A DNA stretch of 64,000 nt from Candidatus Hadarchaeota archaeon (GTDB taxonomy: Archaea; CAYQAE01; CAYVLA01). Under the pieces are notes generated by a model. That model was not told the DNA's origin, ran no database searches, and saw nothing but the letters and a program-made list of their open reading frames with translations. Below, one piece after another: positions 20,811-31,202 of the stretch. Made by a program: the position numbers and the translations under genes. Numbering within the stretch: position 1 is the stretch's first letter; each line of letters starts with the position of its first letter. The stretch lies in contig CAZUNO010000006.1 of assembly GCA_964621445.1 (NCBI GenBank), positions 54,011-118,010 on the forward strand, written 5' to 3'.

Positions 20811-21914
20811 ATGGAGTACAAGACTCTTGGTAGTACAGGACTTGAGGTTTCGGTAATCGGATTTGGTTCCATAAAGCTCCCAATGCTGACCCAGGGAAAG
20901 GCCACCGAGGTAATTAACAGGGAGCTCGATCTTGGTGTAAATTTCATCGACACGGCTAGAGCCTACGGTGATAGCGAGAGAAAGGTGGGAGTTGCCACCA
21001 AGGGAAGAAGGGATGATTTCTACCTGGCCACTAAGACGAATCAGAGAACTGTGGAGGAGGCTAAAAAGGACCTCCGGACCAGCCTATCCGAACTAGATAT
21101 GAACAAGATCGACCTCTGGCAACTTCACACGGTGAGCGACCGTGATCTCTGGAAGAAGGTTATGGGGCCTGGCGGAGCACTGGAGGCAGCCAAATGGGCC
21201 AAGAAAGAGGGATATGTGGATCATATAGGAATCACCATACATCGTGACCTCAGCGTCATGCGAGATGCTATCGAGTCCGGGGAATTCGAGACCATCATGG
21301 TTGCCTACTCCATAATTGACCAGGAGGGAGTTGAGGATGAGATACTTCCCCTGGCAAAGGACCATGACATGGGGGTAATAGTCATGAAACCACTCTCGGG
21401 GGGAATGATGGTAACCCCCACCGAGGAGGATGAACCCAAGCCGGAATATGATCCCATAGTTAGAGGAAACCTCAGGTACATAATCTCCAATCCTGCAGTA
21501 ACCACCACGATACCGGGGATCCGTCGGCTGTCAGAGGTGGAGGAGAACTGTGCAGTGGGGGAGAGTACCGAACCTTTGAGCGAAGAGGAACACGCCGAGC
21601 TTATGAAGAAGATCGGTCAAATGGGAATGTCCTTTAGATACGAGCAGACGTGCCTGGGCTGCGGGTATTGCCTGCCCTGCCCAAACGGGATAAACATTCC
21701 CGAGGTTTTCAAAGCCCTCCAGGAGTACCAGGGGTACCCGGACAATCTCAAGTACATGGGGCTGGAGACCTACAAGTCCCTTGAAGTCACCCCCGAGGTC
21801 TGTACAGAGTGCAGGCAATGCATGGAGAAGTGCCCCACCGGTTTTGATATCCCGGCAAGACTACAAGAGGCAAAAAAAGTGCTTGAGCAGGCAATCGAGG
21901 AGGAAGGCGGGTAG
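20811..21914 (+). CDS. Aldo/keto reductase with C-terminal 4Fe-4S dicluster
   Basis: NFIDTARAYG, LATK, MKPLSGG; CLGCGYCLPCP and CTECRQCMEKCP. Confidence 0.92.
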   Translation: MEYKTLGSTGLEVSVIGFGSIKLPMLTQGKATEVINRELDLGVNFIDTARAYGDSERKVGVATKGRRDDFYLATKTNQRTVEEAKKDLRTSLSELDMNKIDLWQLHTVSDRDLWKKVMGPGGALEAAKWAKKEGYVDHIGITIHRDLSVMRDAIESGEFETIMVAYSIIDQEGVEDEILPLAKDHDMGVIVMKPLSGGMMVTPTEEDEPKPEYDPIVRGNLRYIISNPAVTTTIPGIRRLSEVEENCAVGESTEPLSEEEHAELMKKIGQMGMSFRYEQTCLGCGYCLPCPNGINIPEVFKALQEYQGYPDNLKYMGLETYKSLEVTPEVCTECRQCMEKCPTGFDIPARLQEAKKVLEQAIEEEGG

Positions 21915-22018
21915 AGTCCAAGGTCCAGATTGATGGACTTTTTAAGTTAATGAGCCCGATTTAGGGGAAGAACCACGCGGAATATCTTGGTGGGACTTCA
22001 GGAAGCGATCTTGAACCC

Positions 22019-22996
22019 CTACGGGTTCGGATTTCGGAGAAAGGTGGCCCAATAAATGATAATGCAACCGATAGCGGCGCCCAGTATGGCCGATACGTTC
22101 TTGATCAGATCGGTATTCTCCGCTTTCCGTTCCCTTCTATCGGCCGCCTCCTGCAGTTCATTCAGGTGTTCCTTCCTGTTCTGGTAAAACTGGCTCGCCT
22201 GGTCGATGCTGTTTTCATACCTCTGTTCGGAGTTCCAAACCCACTCCAAGGAGTTGGTGAATAGGGTCTTGAATTCCAAATCATCCACGAAAAGACCATA
22301 GTAACTGGGCGCCCTGTGGAAATCATCGCCTCCGAAGGTAGCAAATGTGATGGAGAACCCCTCGTCAAGATACTTTACCATTGCCGGGGCGCCGGTGCTC
22401 TTCTCTGAAAATAGTATCTTATACTCGCCCGATTCCGGTTTCCTGGTCTGGATCTCATTGGCGGTCGTGTTGAAGTAAACGATTACCTTGTGCTGGGGTA
22501 TGCTGAAGGTTGAAACCCCCTCGGATATTTCGTCCTCTTCTTGCTTGATGAGCGTCATTATGAATTTTCTTTCCTCGGGGTTGTATTTTGGTGATCTATA
22601 TACATTTCCGAATATGGGGAACACGTTCTCGGAGGCGTTTTTGCTGGCAAGCTTTGATCCTGCAAAGCCCATCCCTATGAGACCTCCTCCACTCCCGAAG
22701 AAGGACTGTAAGGTGAGGTTCAGATCCTGTTGTATGTCGCTAGCAAGGGTTACCACCCCGACCTTGACGTCGGGGAAATACATGCTGACCTTGAAATCCT
22801 CGAGGGTATGGCATAGCCGTACCCGGGCTGGGTCAAATCTATCGTCCCCCTCGATCATTTCCTTAAGAGTATTCCCGTATTCTGGCGATTTTGGGGAGTA
22901 TATGAGAATAACGGGTTGAGTCTCATTGTCGACCTGGGCTGCGCAGATATTGGTGAAGATGATCATTGCCAAAAGAATGATGATGTTCTTGCGCAT
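22019..22996 (-). CDS. Secreted, C-terminally anchored protein with GATase/ThuA-like alpha/beta domain
   Basis: Signal peptide, FFGSGGGLIG, LFTNSLEW, coiled coil, C-terminal TM helix. Confidence 0.65.
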   Translation of the reverse strand: MRKNIIILLAMIIFTNICAAQVDNETQPVILIYSPKSPEYGNTLKEMIEGDDRFDPARVRLCHTLEDFKVSMYFPDVKVGVVTLASDIQQDLNLTLQSFFGSGGGLIGMGFAGSKLASKNASENVFPIFGNVYRSPKYNPEERKFIMTLIKQEEDEISEGVSTFSIPQHKVIVYFNTTANEIQTRKPESGEYKILFSEKSTGAPAMVKYLDEGFSITFATFGGDDFHRAPSYYGLFVDDLEFKTLFTNSLEWVWNSEQRYENSIDQASQFYQNRKEHLNELQEAADRRERKAENTDLIKNVSAILGAAIGCIIIYWATFLRNPNP

Positions 22997-23084
22997 TGAC
23001 TTAGATCTGCTTATGCTCTCTGATAAGTATTTCGAGTTGATTGGGCTCCTGGCTTAATGGGGTATCGTTTTACGTGGAAAAGTA

Positions 23085-23091
23085 CTTATAA
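23085..23091 (+). promoter_or_regulatory. BRE/TATA promoter of the 23132 gene
   Basis: GGAAAAGTA-CTTATAA about 45 nt before the start. Confidence 0.5.
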
Positions 23092-23131
23092 GGTGGTAAT
23101 CAAGTTCCAAGTCCGGATGAGATGTTGAGCC

Positions 23132-23977
23132 TTGTTGGATAGGAGGCTTATTGGACTACTGGGCATGGCGGTACTGGTCTCGACCGCGTTCGCGGTCATA
23201 TTCTTCGTTGATACCACGGAGGAGGATATTGAGATAATCAGGAACTATTGGCAGGCCCCAAGTCTGGAAGGTTGGAAACGTCTTCCCCTATCAGAGGAAA
23301 TGGTGCCTTACACCCTCAGTCTGGTGGCAAGAAAGCCGCTCGAGGAACTATCCATCCGGTTTGGTATTCTGAGAAACAATACCCTGGATGTTAACTATAC
23401 AGGATGGCAGGACCTGAGCATCAAGCAGAAAGCCCTGAGGGTTGGTAGCCTGGACTATCTGGATTCCCGGGCCACCGATATCTCGGAGGGCCTGGATGTG
23501 GAACCGATTGAACAGGAATTTGAACTAGTTCTCCGGGAAGAGGAGTACCGAGTCTATATTATAGATTATCATCCCTGCATTGCACCCCTGGCTAGCCCAA
23601 TCGCGTCAATTGATGTTCCATACATCTTTGCGTTTCTGTTCGATGGAGAAGGGAACATCTCCCAGTATTATTCGGGATATTGGGACTTCTTTGAGAAGCG
23701 AGAGCTGAGCATTCAGGACATGACCATCCAGCTGAATGAAAATGCAACCAGATATGCCAATGATCAGAACATGGGCGAGGGAGATCTCCCCCTTAACAGG
23801 ACCTTGGAAATGCTGGGAAAGATCACCTTCAATGAATTGAAGCCCGATGATCGGGTGTTCATCACATATAGGGTCAATGGTGGGGCAGTGTTGGGGGAGG
23901 AAGCATTCATGCAGATAATCCGCCTAAACGTTAATGGGGAATATCGAACACCCCTCATCAATATACTGAAGAGATAG
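23132..23977 (+). CDS. Membrane-anchored acidic hypothetical protein
   Basis: N-terminal TM helix; several N-x-T/S sequons. Confidence 0.7.
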   Translation: MLDRRLIGLLGMAVLVSTAFAVIFFVDTTEEDIEIIRNYWQAPSLEGWKRLPLSEEMVPYTLSLVARKPLEELSIRFGILRNNTLDVNYTGWQDLSIKQKALRVGSLDYLDSRATDISEGLDVEPIEQEFELVLREEEYRVYIIDYHPCIAPLASPIASIDVPYIFAFLFDGEGNISQYYSGYWDFFEKRELSIQDMTIQLNENATRYANDQNMGEGDLPLNRTLEMLGKITFNELKPDDRVFITYRVNGGAVLGEEAFMQIIRLNVNGEYRTPLINILKR

Positions 23978-23994
23978 CTTGTCTTCCCCGGATG

Positions 23995-25209
23995 CTAGTT
24001 TTCTTTCATTTTGGTCATCGATACCTCGCTGTAGAGGCGTCTTTTCACCATCAGGCTGTAAATCACGAATCCGGCCAGGATGGCCGTGCCGGTCACTGCG
24101 GTCCATTCGGTGAGGTAGACCCAGAACAGGGCATTTTCCTTCATCTCTATCGCTTTCTTATTAAGCTCCGAAAGCTTGTCTATCATGTCCTGAATCTCTT
24201 CGAGGGAGGCTTCATACTCCCCTTCCAGATAGAGGTCCCGAGCAATGGATCGACCATCATCTGCTTGCGCGATCTCCTCTTCGAGCTCGCCGGTGCTGGT
24301 GCCGAAGGAGTCAACAAAATCGATCATGGAATAAATCAGGTTCTTTTCGATGTTGTAATTATTGAAGGAATCTCTCAGATCGTGGATCAGGAATATATTG
24401 GATGGGAGATCCTTGCCCACCGAGTAGTAAATCATGTTTAGCATCAGATCACCGCCGTATTCGTTATCGTTCCTTCTCCTGAACCAGGACTCGTCCGCGT
24501 CTATTCCTATGACCCAGTTCTCTGCATCATTTTCCCCGTAAGTCCAGGAGATGACGAATTCCTCCTTTGGAACGTTTGAAAAACTCGGCTTAATGGCCCA
24601 GGCCCAGGTGGTGCTCCCGGCCTTGGGGTACATCGCTCTGGCCTTTTCGCCCTGGATTTTCTCGATGCCCAGCGGGACGAACATGGTAAACACCGGCGGG
24701 TTGTCCTCGACGACATCAACTTTGAAGGGAGCGAGCTCGGGTTTTTTGAAAATCTGGGTAAATTTTTGGGGGAATACCTCGGCAAGTGGCGATTGGGTCA
24801 GGGAATAATAGCCCTCGATATCCGGCCATAGAGTTAGCATTGAGGAGACGCCGGCGTCAACGGAATCCCTGAACCTGTTCATCTCCTTTCCGCTGAACCA
24901 TTCCATCCTTGGTTCAAGAAGAAGCAAAATATCATATTCATCCAACAGTCTTTCCAGGGTTCGCGGGGTATATATTCGAGTGATCTTCTTGGCCTCGGAA
25001 GCGCTGAGAAATCCGACATCGGTTGGTAGTTCCTGCCACTGTATGGCGAAATCCAGGGAAAGCCACCCGAGAATGGGGGATTCTCCGAAACTGGTATCAC
25101 CGATGCACAGTACTCCGATTCTATTTGTTGAGTCAAAGTGTTGCGCGCAGTTACCTGCGGTTAACATCACAGAGAAAATTAATACTAGCAGAGGATACCG
25201 GAAGTACAT
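23995..25209 (-). CDS. Membrane-anchored surface protein, paralog family copy 3
   Basis: Signal peptide; RIYTPRT; DFVDSFGT; WVYLTEW-TM-MVKRRLY. Confidence 0.85.
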   Translation of the reverse strand: MYFRYPLLVLIFSVMLTAGNCAQHFDSTNRIGVLCIGDTSFGESPILGWLSLDFAIQWQELPTDVGFLSASEAKKITRIYTPRTLERLLDEYDILLLLEPRMEWFSGKEMNRFRDSVDAGVSSMLTLWPDIEGYYSLTQSPLAEVFPQKFTQIFKKPELAPFKVDVVEDNPPVFTMFVPLGIEKIQGEKARAMYPKAGSTTWAWAIKPSFSNVPKEEFVISWTYGENDAENWVIGIDADESWFRRRNDNEYGGDLMLNMIYYSVGKDLPSNIFLIHDLRDSFNNYNIEKNLIYSMIDFVDSFGTSTGELEEEIAQADDGRSIARDLYLEGEYEASLEEIQDMIDKLSELNKKAIEMKENALFWVYLTEWTAVTGTAILAGFVIYSLMVKRRLYSEVSMTKMKEN

Positions 25210-25289
25210 TATTGGCCCTTCCCTGTTTGCGCCCCCGATTATTGGTTAAAACTCTTATCCAGAGAATTGTATATCCAGGATATTGTCCT

Positions 25290-26534
25290 TTACCTTCCAC
25301 GTGTTGTCTTAACCCTGCGATATAGCCGTCTTCTCACCATCAGGGTCCAGGTTAAAAAACCGGCCATAGTAATTATCCCGGTTACGGTAAGCCACTCCAC
25401 CATGTATACCCAGAGCAGTGTGCTTTTCTTCATCTCCACGGCCTTCGATTCCAGCCGTTTTATCATATTGAAAATCTGGCTCATCTCGGCTGATGAAATC
25501 TCAAATTTCTGTGAAAGGTAGTTCTCCTCGGCCTTGGATCGCATGGACTCGATTTCCCCGATTTCGTCCTGGAGCTTCCGACTGCTGGCTCCGAACTTCT
25601 CGATAAAATCCAGTAGAGAGTATAGGCTGGAGAATCTTAGTTTATATTCCGTAAATTGATTTCTCAATCGGTGGACCACCAGGGGGTCCTGGGGCAGCTC
25701 CCAGCGACAGCTATACCACGCTATGTTAACGAAAATGTCTAGGGAAAAACGCTGCTTTCCGTCTGCTCCCCACCAGGACCCCCACATTGGGCTGACGAAC
25801 TGGTCGCCCGTTGCCCAGATCCTCGAACTTTCGTCCCCGTATTCCCAGGATAAAAGGAGGGGGCAGTTGATAAACCCCATATTTGCAAAGGACTGGATAT
25901 CCCTGGCCCTGGCCCACACGGTGGAGCCTTCCTTCTCGTGCAAGGCCCGCGTGTAGCCAAAGGGCTTAACCCTCTCTATTCCCAATTCCTTATATGGCCG
26001 GATCACTGGAGGCAGGGATTTGTCATCATTGATCTCCAGGGTATAGGGTTCAATTCCTTTATTGACTCCCTCCAGGAATCTCTCCTGGTCGTGGGGAAAA
26101 GCCCGGGGAAGCTTGGAATTCATCCACGGGCCGTATACCTCCTCATTTTGGCTCTGGGTAAATGCGAGAGATCCCTTTCCCTCATCCATGAGCATCTGGT
26201 AGAGCCATTCCACGTGCCGATTCTCAAAGTGGCCAAGAACCGGCTGGTCGAAAAGGAAATAATCATACTCAAGGAGATCCTCATAGCTCCGGGGAAAATA
26301 TATCCTTATGAATCTACGTAACTCGCTATTGCTAAATATGGCAGCGTGAATGGATCTGGATACCACGAGAGTTGAGGTCATGGAGGGCTCTATGCTGGTA
26401 AAAGCTGAAATCGGGCTATAGCTCGGATCAACCTGTCCAATGGCCAGGGTCTCTATTCGAATCCCGGATGCAATAGTCGACGGAAGGAATAGGAATAGAA
26501 TTATGAAGGTTTGCAGACAGGTCCTGGAACTCAT
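25290..26534 (-). CDS. Membrane-anchored surface protein, paralog family copy 4
   Basis: Signal peptide; RIYFPRSY; DFIEKFGA; WVYMVEW-TM-MVRRRLY; tandem with copy 3. Confidence 0.85.
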   Translation of the reverse strand: MSSRTCLQTFIILFLFLPSTIASGIRIETLAIGQVDPSYSPISAFTSIEPSMTSTLVVSRSIHAAIFSNSELRRFIRIYFPRSYEDLLEYDYFLFDQPVLGHFENRHVEWLYQMLMDEGKGSLAFTQSQNEEVYGPWMNSKLPRAFPHDQERFLEGVNKGIEPYTLEINDDKSLPPVIRPYKELGIERVKPFGYTRALHEKEGSTVWARARDIQSFANMGFINCPLLLSWEYGDESSRIWATGDQFVSPMWGSWWGADGKQRFSLDIFVNIAWYSCRWELPQDPLVVHRLRNQFTEYKLRFSSLYSLLDFIEKFGASSRKLQDEIGEIESMRSKAEENYLSQKFEISSAEMSQIFNMIKRLESKAVEMKKSTLLWVYMVEWLTVTGIITMAGFLTWTLMVRRRLYRRVKTTRGR

Positions 26535-26605
26535 TCGTTCTGTGTATTACCGGGGCGACCACTTATTTCTATTCCGGTCTCTATGACTAAAGTAGAGCCA
26601 AGCTT

Positions 26606-27902
26606 TCAGGTCAGGGAATCATGGCTGTTAATTACCTTTCTGAAGGCATCTATGAACTGGTCCAGGAAACCGGGCTGGGGATCTATATAGCAGGGAATTC
26701 TGAGAACGCTTTGATGAAGTTCCTCCGATATGGGGAAATCCCCCTTGCTATAGGGCTGGTATCGGGGGAGCCGCATGAACGGGCCTCCCAGTGGGCCTCT
26801 GCCCCGGCCCCATAGATCGAATCCATTGGTAAAAAGCGGTTTGAGATGCTGGAGGTGATCGAAACCTATACCCCTTATGTGAGCTCCTTCGGCCTTTACC
26901 GCGTCTACGAATCTATGGATAGGTAAATCATCCAGCTGGCCGGGATGGTATATGATTTGGAGGCCCCCGTAAAGCTGGATTCTCCCTGCTTTGGGGTAAG
27001 AGTGTTCGGCTTCAAGGCCTGCGAGCTCGTTCAGCTGGCTGAATATCCTCCTCCGGACCGGTTCGCTCTTTCTAATCCTTTCATCAAGGTTATCAAGCGA
27101 AACCCTGGCGATTGCCAGGGCCAAGGGATGGGCTCTCCATTTCAGACCCAGGACCTCCTTCTCAAGCATATGGTATTTTGTGTTGGCGAGTTCCTCTCCA
27201 ATACCTTTTCTGTGCAGGTGACAGTAAATCAGCTGTCTCTCATAGAACTCCTTGTTATTGGTAGTGACTATACCCCCTTCACCCCCGGATACCGGCTTTC
27301 CCCCGGTCCCCGATCCCTGAATGCTAAAACAGGTGATATCCCCCACATTGCCGATCTTCTCCTCACCCCATTCCGCCCCGTGAGCATGAGCCGCATCCTC
27401 GATTATGGTCAGATCGTGATTACTGCCAATTTCCATCAGGGAGTCCATATCGCAGGGATTACCTCGATAGTGAATGGGAACTATAGCACGGGTGCGCCGG
27501 GTGATTCTTTTCTCGGCGTCCTGGGGATCTATAAGAAGGGTTTTCGGATCAATCTCGCAGAAAACGGGCCTGGCTCCCATGTGAAGTGCCCCAGCATAGG
27601 AACCTATGTATCCCACGGCGGGGACGATTACCTCGTCCCCCGGTCCTACACCCGCTGCATAGAAGGCGCTGGCCAGGGCGGATGATCCGTGATCCGTTGT
27701 AAGGCAGTACTCTGCCCCCACATACTCACGAAACTTTTCCTCGAATTTTTTTTGGAAGTCCTTTCCCGGAACCGGATAGGAAGCCCTTCTCCAAAAGATC
27801 TCGAACGATTTCGATCTCCTGATCAATAGGCCGCTTCCACATTTCCGAATCCTCGATGGTTACCGCTGGGTCCCCGCCATTTATCGCTAAATCATTTTCC
27901 AA
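26606..27902 (-). pseudogene. DegT/DnrJ/EryC1/StrS PLP aminotransferase with a 1-nt frameshift in an A8 tract (real or sequencing error)
   Basis: IIEDAAHAHG, FS....K...GEGG; the N-terminus MENDLAINGGDP starts at TTG 27902 in another frame and joins at the T8 run 27746-27753. Confidence 0.82.
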
Positions 27903-28134
27903 TTTTCATGCACCAACATGATGGCAAAGATGAGAGAGCAACAAGCGGTTGCTCCACTGGCTATTAATTGTCTTTGGGGGGATTGCTCCAAATCTAATCA
28001 ACTACGGATTGTAATGGACCTTCTTTCATGCGGGATTCAGATAGCCCAGGTTTCCTCTTCTATAAAGCAGGGAATATGGACTGCGTACGGGGAGGACAAG
28101 GGCGGAATCCATATAGAACAGGAGGGAAGCCCTT

Positions 28135-29709
28135 TCATTTCTTCCTGGAAAGGTAATCCTCCCAAGATATGGCAAATTGTTTCATCTTGGCCTCTCTGGT
28201 AGTCAGCCCGTTGGAGGTCACTATGCCGGAATTGATGATGCAGAATGACATCAGGGAACCATCCGGATAGGCCTGGTGAATGCCACATCTCCTGGTCCTC
28301 TGGAAATCTATATTGTTGGGGTCCTGGAAGTGCATGCTTCCCACAAACAACACCCTTCGGTTCCCGAATAGCTCCTTGATCGAGCTGTATGTCTTTTCCT
28401 CCATGATTTCCTCGATCGCGTCACGGAGAAACGGCTCGGTTTCCTCCAGGCTCTGCTTGAATTTCCTGTATTCCTGTAACACTTTGATCTTACCCACCGT
28501 GCCGAGGGAACCTTCCTCGGGAACTGTCTCGGCGATACTGGTTATGGCCTGGTATAGCTTGTCTATATCTATCAATTTTGGCAGTGGTTTCCACTCTCCT
28601 TTCGTTTCCACCAAAATCGTCGCCGCTCCGCAATGGGGGTGGACTGTGAAGGCCGGCAGGGGTTGCTGGGAGTAGTATTCCGCGATATCAAATAGAGGGG
28701 CGACGGAAGGAACTGGATACCAGTCCTCCCTATCGATAAATCCGCTTTCCTCCTCTATGCGAAGGATGAGATCCGGAATAGTGGCTCTCATCTTGACCCC
28801 GCCCCTTCCACCGAAGGAGATGGGCTGGAAGTTGACGCCCCTGATGACTTCCCCACGATTCATGGCGTATTCCAGGATGGGCCATACCTGATCGATATTG
28901 TTCATCCCTATGGTCGGAACCAGTACCGCGCAGGCATCAGCGGCATCTATATTGTCGATTGCCTGCTTCTTGATATTTATCAGGTCCTTTCCGGTCATTG
29001 TCTGGACTTTCTTGCTCTTTGTATCCGGGTCGTAGATTCCGTGTCCCCTGAAGCGGTCATAGACTCCGGGATTATTTTCTGTGTCGTATGATACGTAAAA
29101 GGTTACGGGGAGTAGATCCCTCAGGAAATCCTGATCTTGAGCCAATCTAACGGAGTTGGTATTGACCTCCACGTGGTTGAAATGCTCCCTGGCTCTCTTT
29201 GCTATCTCCGGCAGGTCATCCCTTACGGTTGGTTCCCCCCCGGTAAGCTGAACTGCTCGCCCTGCATCGGCCTCGATGGCCTGGAACGCATTGTCCAGTT
29301 GATCTAGCCTTGGCTCATAGATATAGTCCACGGCGCCGGCATTGGCAAAACAGGTCGGGCATCTGAGGTTGCATCGGTTTGTAACATCGACGATTCCGAG
29401 GCAAGTCCTGGTGAGGTGATAGCCACATAGTCCGGTTAGAGGTTCAACACAGTCCTGTGGGCACCGATAGTAATCCTTCTCTATCCTAGGGTTGGTTGGT
29501 CCTTTTCCTTCCCACTTGAATTTTTCGGCTCTTTTGTATAGGTCACTGTTGGACCAGTAGATATCCTCAAACTTGCCATGCTTTTCGCACTCTTTTTCAT
29601 AAAGTATCTTGCCGTCCGATTCCACTATCCTCGCCGGTATCACGTTGAGTTTTCCTTCCCTAACGCATTCGGGGCAAACACTTGTGGTCTTTTTCAGGAT
29701 GCTCCTCGT
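28135..29709 (-). CDS. tes: Tetraether lipid synthase (Tes/GDGT-MAS, MJ0619 family radical SAM)
   Basis: N-terminal TSVCPEC...KECEKHG, CPQDC...GLC..H, CNLRCPTC, HPHCG, MHFQD...RRCGIH..PDG...FC; frame extends upstream of the ORF-track start. Confidence 0.85.
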   Translation of the reverse strand, partial: TRSILKKTTSVCPECVREGKLNVIPARIVESDGKILYEKECEKHGKFEDIYWSNSDLYKRAEKFKWEGKGPTNPRIEKDYYRCPQDCVEPLTGLCGYHLTRTCLGIVDVTNRCNLRCPTCFANAGAVDYIYEPRLDQLDNAFQAIEADAGRAVQLTGGEPTVRDDLPEIAKRAREHFNHVEVNTNSVRLAQDQDFLRDLLPVTFYVSYDTENNPGVYDRFRGHGIYDPDTKSKKVQTMTGKDLINIKKQAIDNIDAADACAVLVPTIGMNNIDQVWPILEYAMNRGEVIRGVNFQPISFGGRGGVKMRATIPDLILRIEEESGFIDREDWYPVPSVAPLFDIAEYYSQQPLPAFTVHPHCGAATILVETKGEWKPLPKLIDIDKLYQAITSIAETVPEEGSLGTVGKIKVLQEYRKFKQSLEETEPFLRDAIEEIMEEKTYSSIKELFGNRRVLFVGSMHFQDPNNIDFQRTRRCGIHQAYPDGSLMSFCIINSGIVTSNGLTTREAKMKQFAISWEDYLSRKK

Positions 29710-29746
29710 GGTACCATCACCTTTGGAAGCTTGAGGGAGGTTATTG

Positions 29747-29754
29747 ATATATAA
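29747..29754 (-). promoter_or_regulatory. TATA box of tes
   Basis: TTATATAT on the minus strand about 38 nt upstream of the inferred start, with a GGTGA RBS between. Confidence 0.55.
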
Positions 29755-29957
29755 TATTGTTATGTTGACAATCTGGAGTATATTATACCTCTATATTGAG
29801 TCAGGAAAGTAATTAGAATTTAATCTGGTCACCAGGGTCCCGGCCATGATTCTGAGTTGGATTACAGAACATTGATATTTTTAGATGACCAAAGCTACCT
29901 GAGGTCCCTCTTTCCAGAAAGATTCATAGGCGGGTCCTGACTTATGGGCGGGTTGAA

Positions 29958-31058
29958 TTGAATCCAAGGGAAAGATTCCTGGAAATAATGAACTTCGGGC
30001 AAACTGACCGCATACCCCTTGTTGATCTCGAGGGTTTCATAGAGGAAACGATAAGGCTCTGGTGCGGGCAGGGATTTCCGGCCAACATGAAGGTAGAGGA
30101 TTACTTCGGATTTGAGATCAGGGGGATGTATCATGGGAGCATCGATATCGATTTTGGGCCCATTCCCAGATTTGTGGAGAAAACCCTTCAGGTTGATTCC
30201 AATTATGTGACCAGGATCAATCGCTTTGGATACACCGAGAGGCGTTCCAGGGAATACCCAATGCGTTCATATGGCTATACCTCATTTCCGATCACCAATC
30301 GTGAGGACTGGCAGGAGATGAAAGGAAGGTATGACCCGCACGACATCAGGAGATATCCAAAGGACTGGGGAAAGGAGCTATTCGAATACTGTGATGAATC
30401 TGAAACGCCGGTTGGGCTCGGCCTGGTTTGGGGTCCAGGTAGGGGACCCAAGGGTGGTTACGGTATGGGCGTGGAGCGTTTCCTTCGTACCTTTGTTAGG
30501 GACCCGGGAATGATCCACGACATGTTCAGTACCTATGCCGATTTCGTTATTGAGATTTCAAAGCCCATCCTGGAGAGAATTGATTTGGATTATGTCCTCA
30601 TTGGGGAGGATGGAATAGCCTACAAGAACGGGCCTCTGGTATCCCCGGATCTATATAGGGGGTTTTACCTGCCCTATGTCAAGAGGGTCCTCGACTTCTT
30701 CAAGGATCACGGCGTGGGGATACTTGGAGAATCTGCTAGCGGGGACATAGATCAACTGGTGCCCCTTTTCTTGGAGGCTGGATACAACCTTCTGTGCCCT
30801 CTGGAGAGCGCATGTGGGATGGATGCCTTGGAGTTGAGAAAGGAATATGGAAGGGACCTGCTGTTGATGGGGAATATCAGTCGGCAGTCCTTGATGGACG
30901 GCAAGGAGGCCGTAGAGGAGGAGTTCAACTCCAAGGTCCCTGATCTTGTGGAGTGGGGCGGGTTTATTCCAACCGTTGATGATATGATTCTACCGGATAT
31001 CTCATTTCAGAGCTATAAGCACTATGTGGATTTGGTAAAGAATTTCCAGGCGAAATGA
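29958..31058 (+). CDS. Uroporphyrinogen decarboxylase / MtaA-CmuA superfamily protein
   Basis: MNPRERF start, ED.IAYKNGPLVSP, CGMD...LR..YG..L...GNI, GGFIP..D. Confidence 0.8.
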   Translation: MNPRERFLEIMNFGQTDRIPLVDLEGFIEETIRLWCGQGFPANMKVEDYFGFEIRGMYHGSIDIDFGPIPRFVEKTLQVDSNYVTRINRFGYTERRSREYPMRSYGYTSFPITNREDWQEMKGRYDPHDIRRYPKDWGKELFEYCDESETPVGLGLVWGPGRGPKGGYGMGVERFLRTFVRDPGMIHDMFSTYADFVIEISKPILERIDLDYVLIGEDGIAYKNGPLVSPDLYRGFYLPYVKRVLDFFKDHGVGILGESASGDIDQLVPLFLEAGYNLLCPLESACGMDALELRKEYGRDLLLMGNISRQSLMDGKEAVEEEFNSKVPDLVEWGGFIPTVDDMILPDISFQSYKHYVDLVKNFQAK

Positions 31059-31202
31059 TATCCCCCTCAGGGTGGAAAGATGAGAAGCCCTCGTGAAAAT
31101 GTGAACACCCTAATTGATACTTGGGGTAGGGTCGGGCAGGGCCTTATGTCTAGCAGGGAGGTAATACGCATTTTACTCCTTTTCATGGAGTGATCTATGA
31201 TC

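Noticed and set aside
28037-28138. 33-aa ORF overlapping the tes stop (ATGA)
   Set aside because: No recognisable motif or compositional support
31074-31116. AGGGTG...CACCCT stem between convergent genes
   Set aside because: Short stems with no recognisable motif; may simply aid termination
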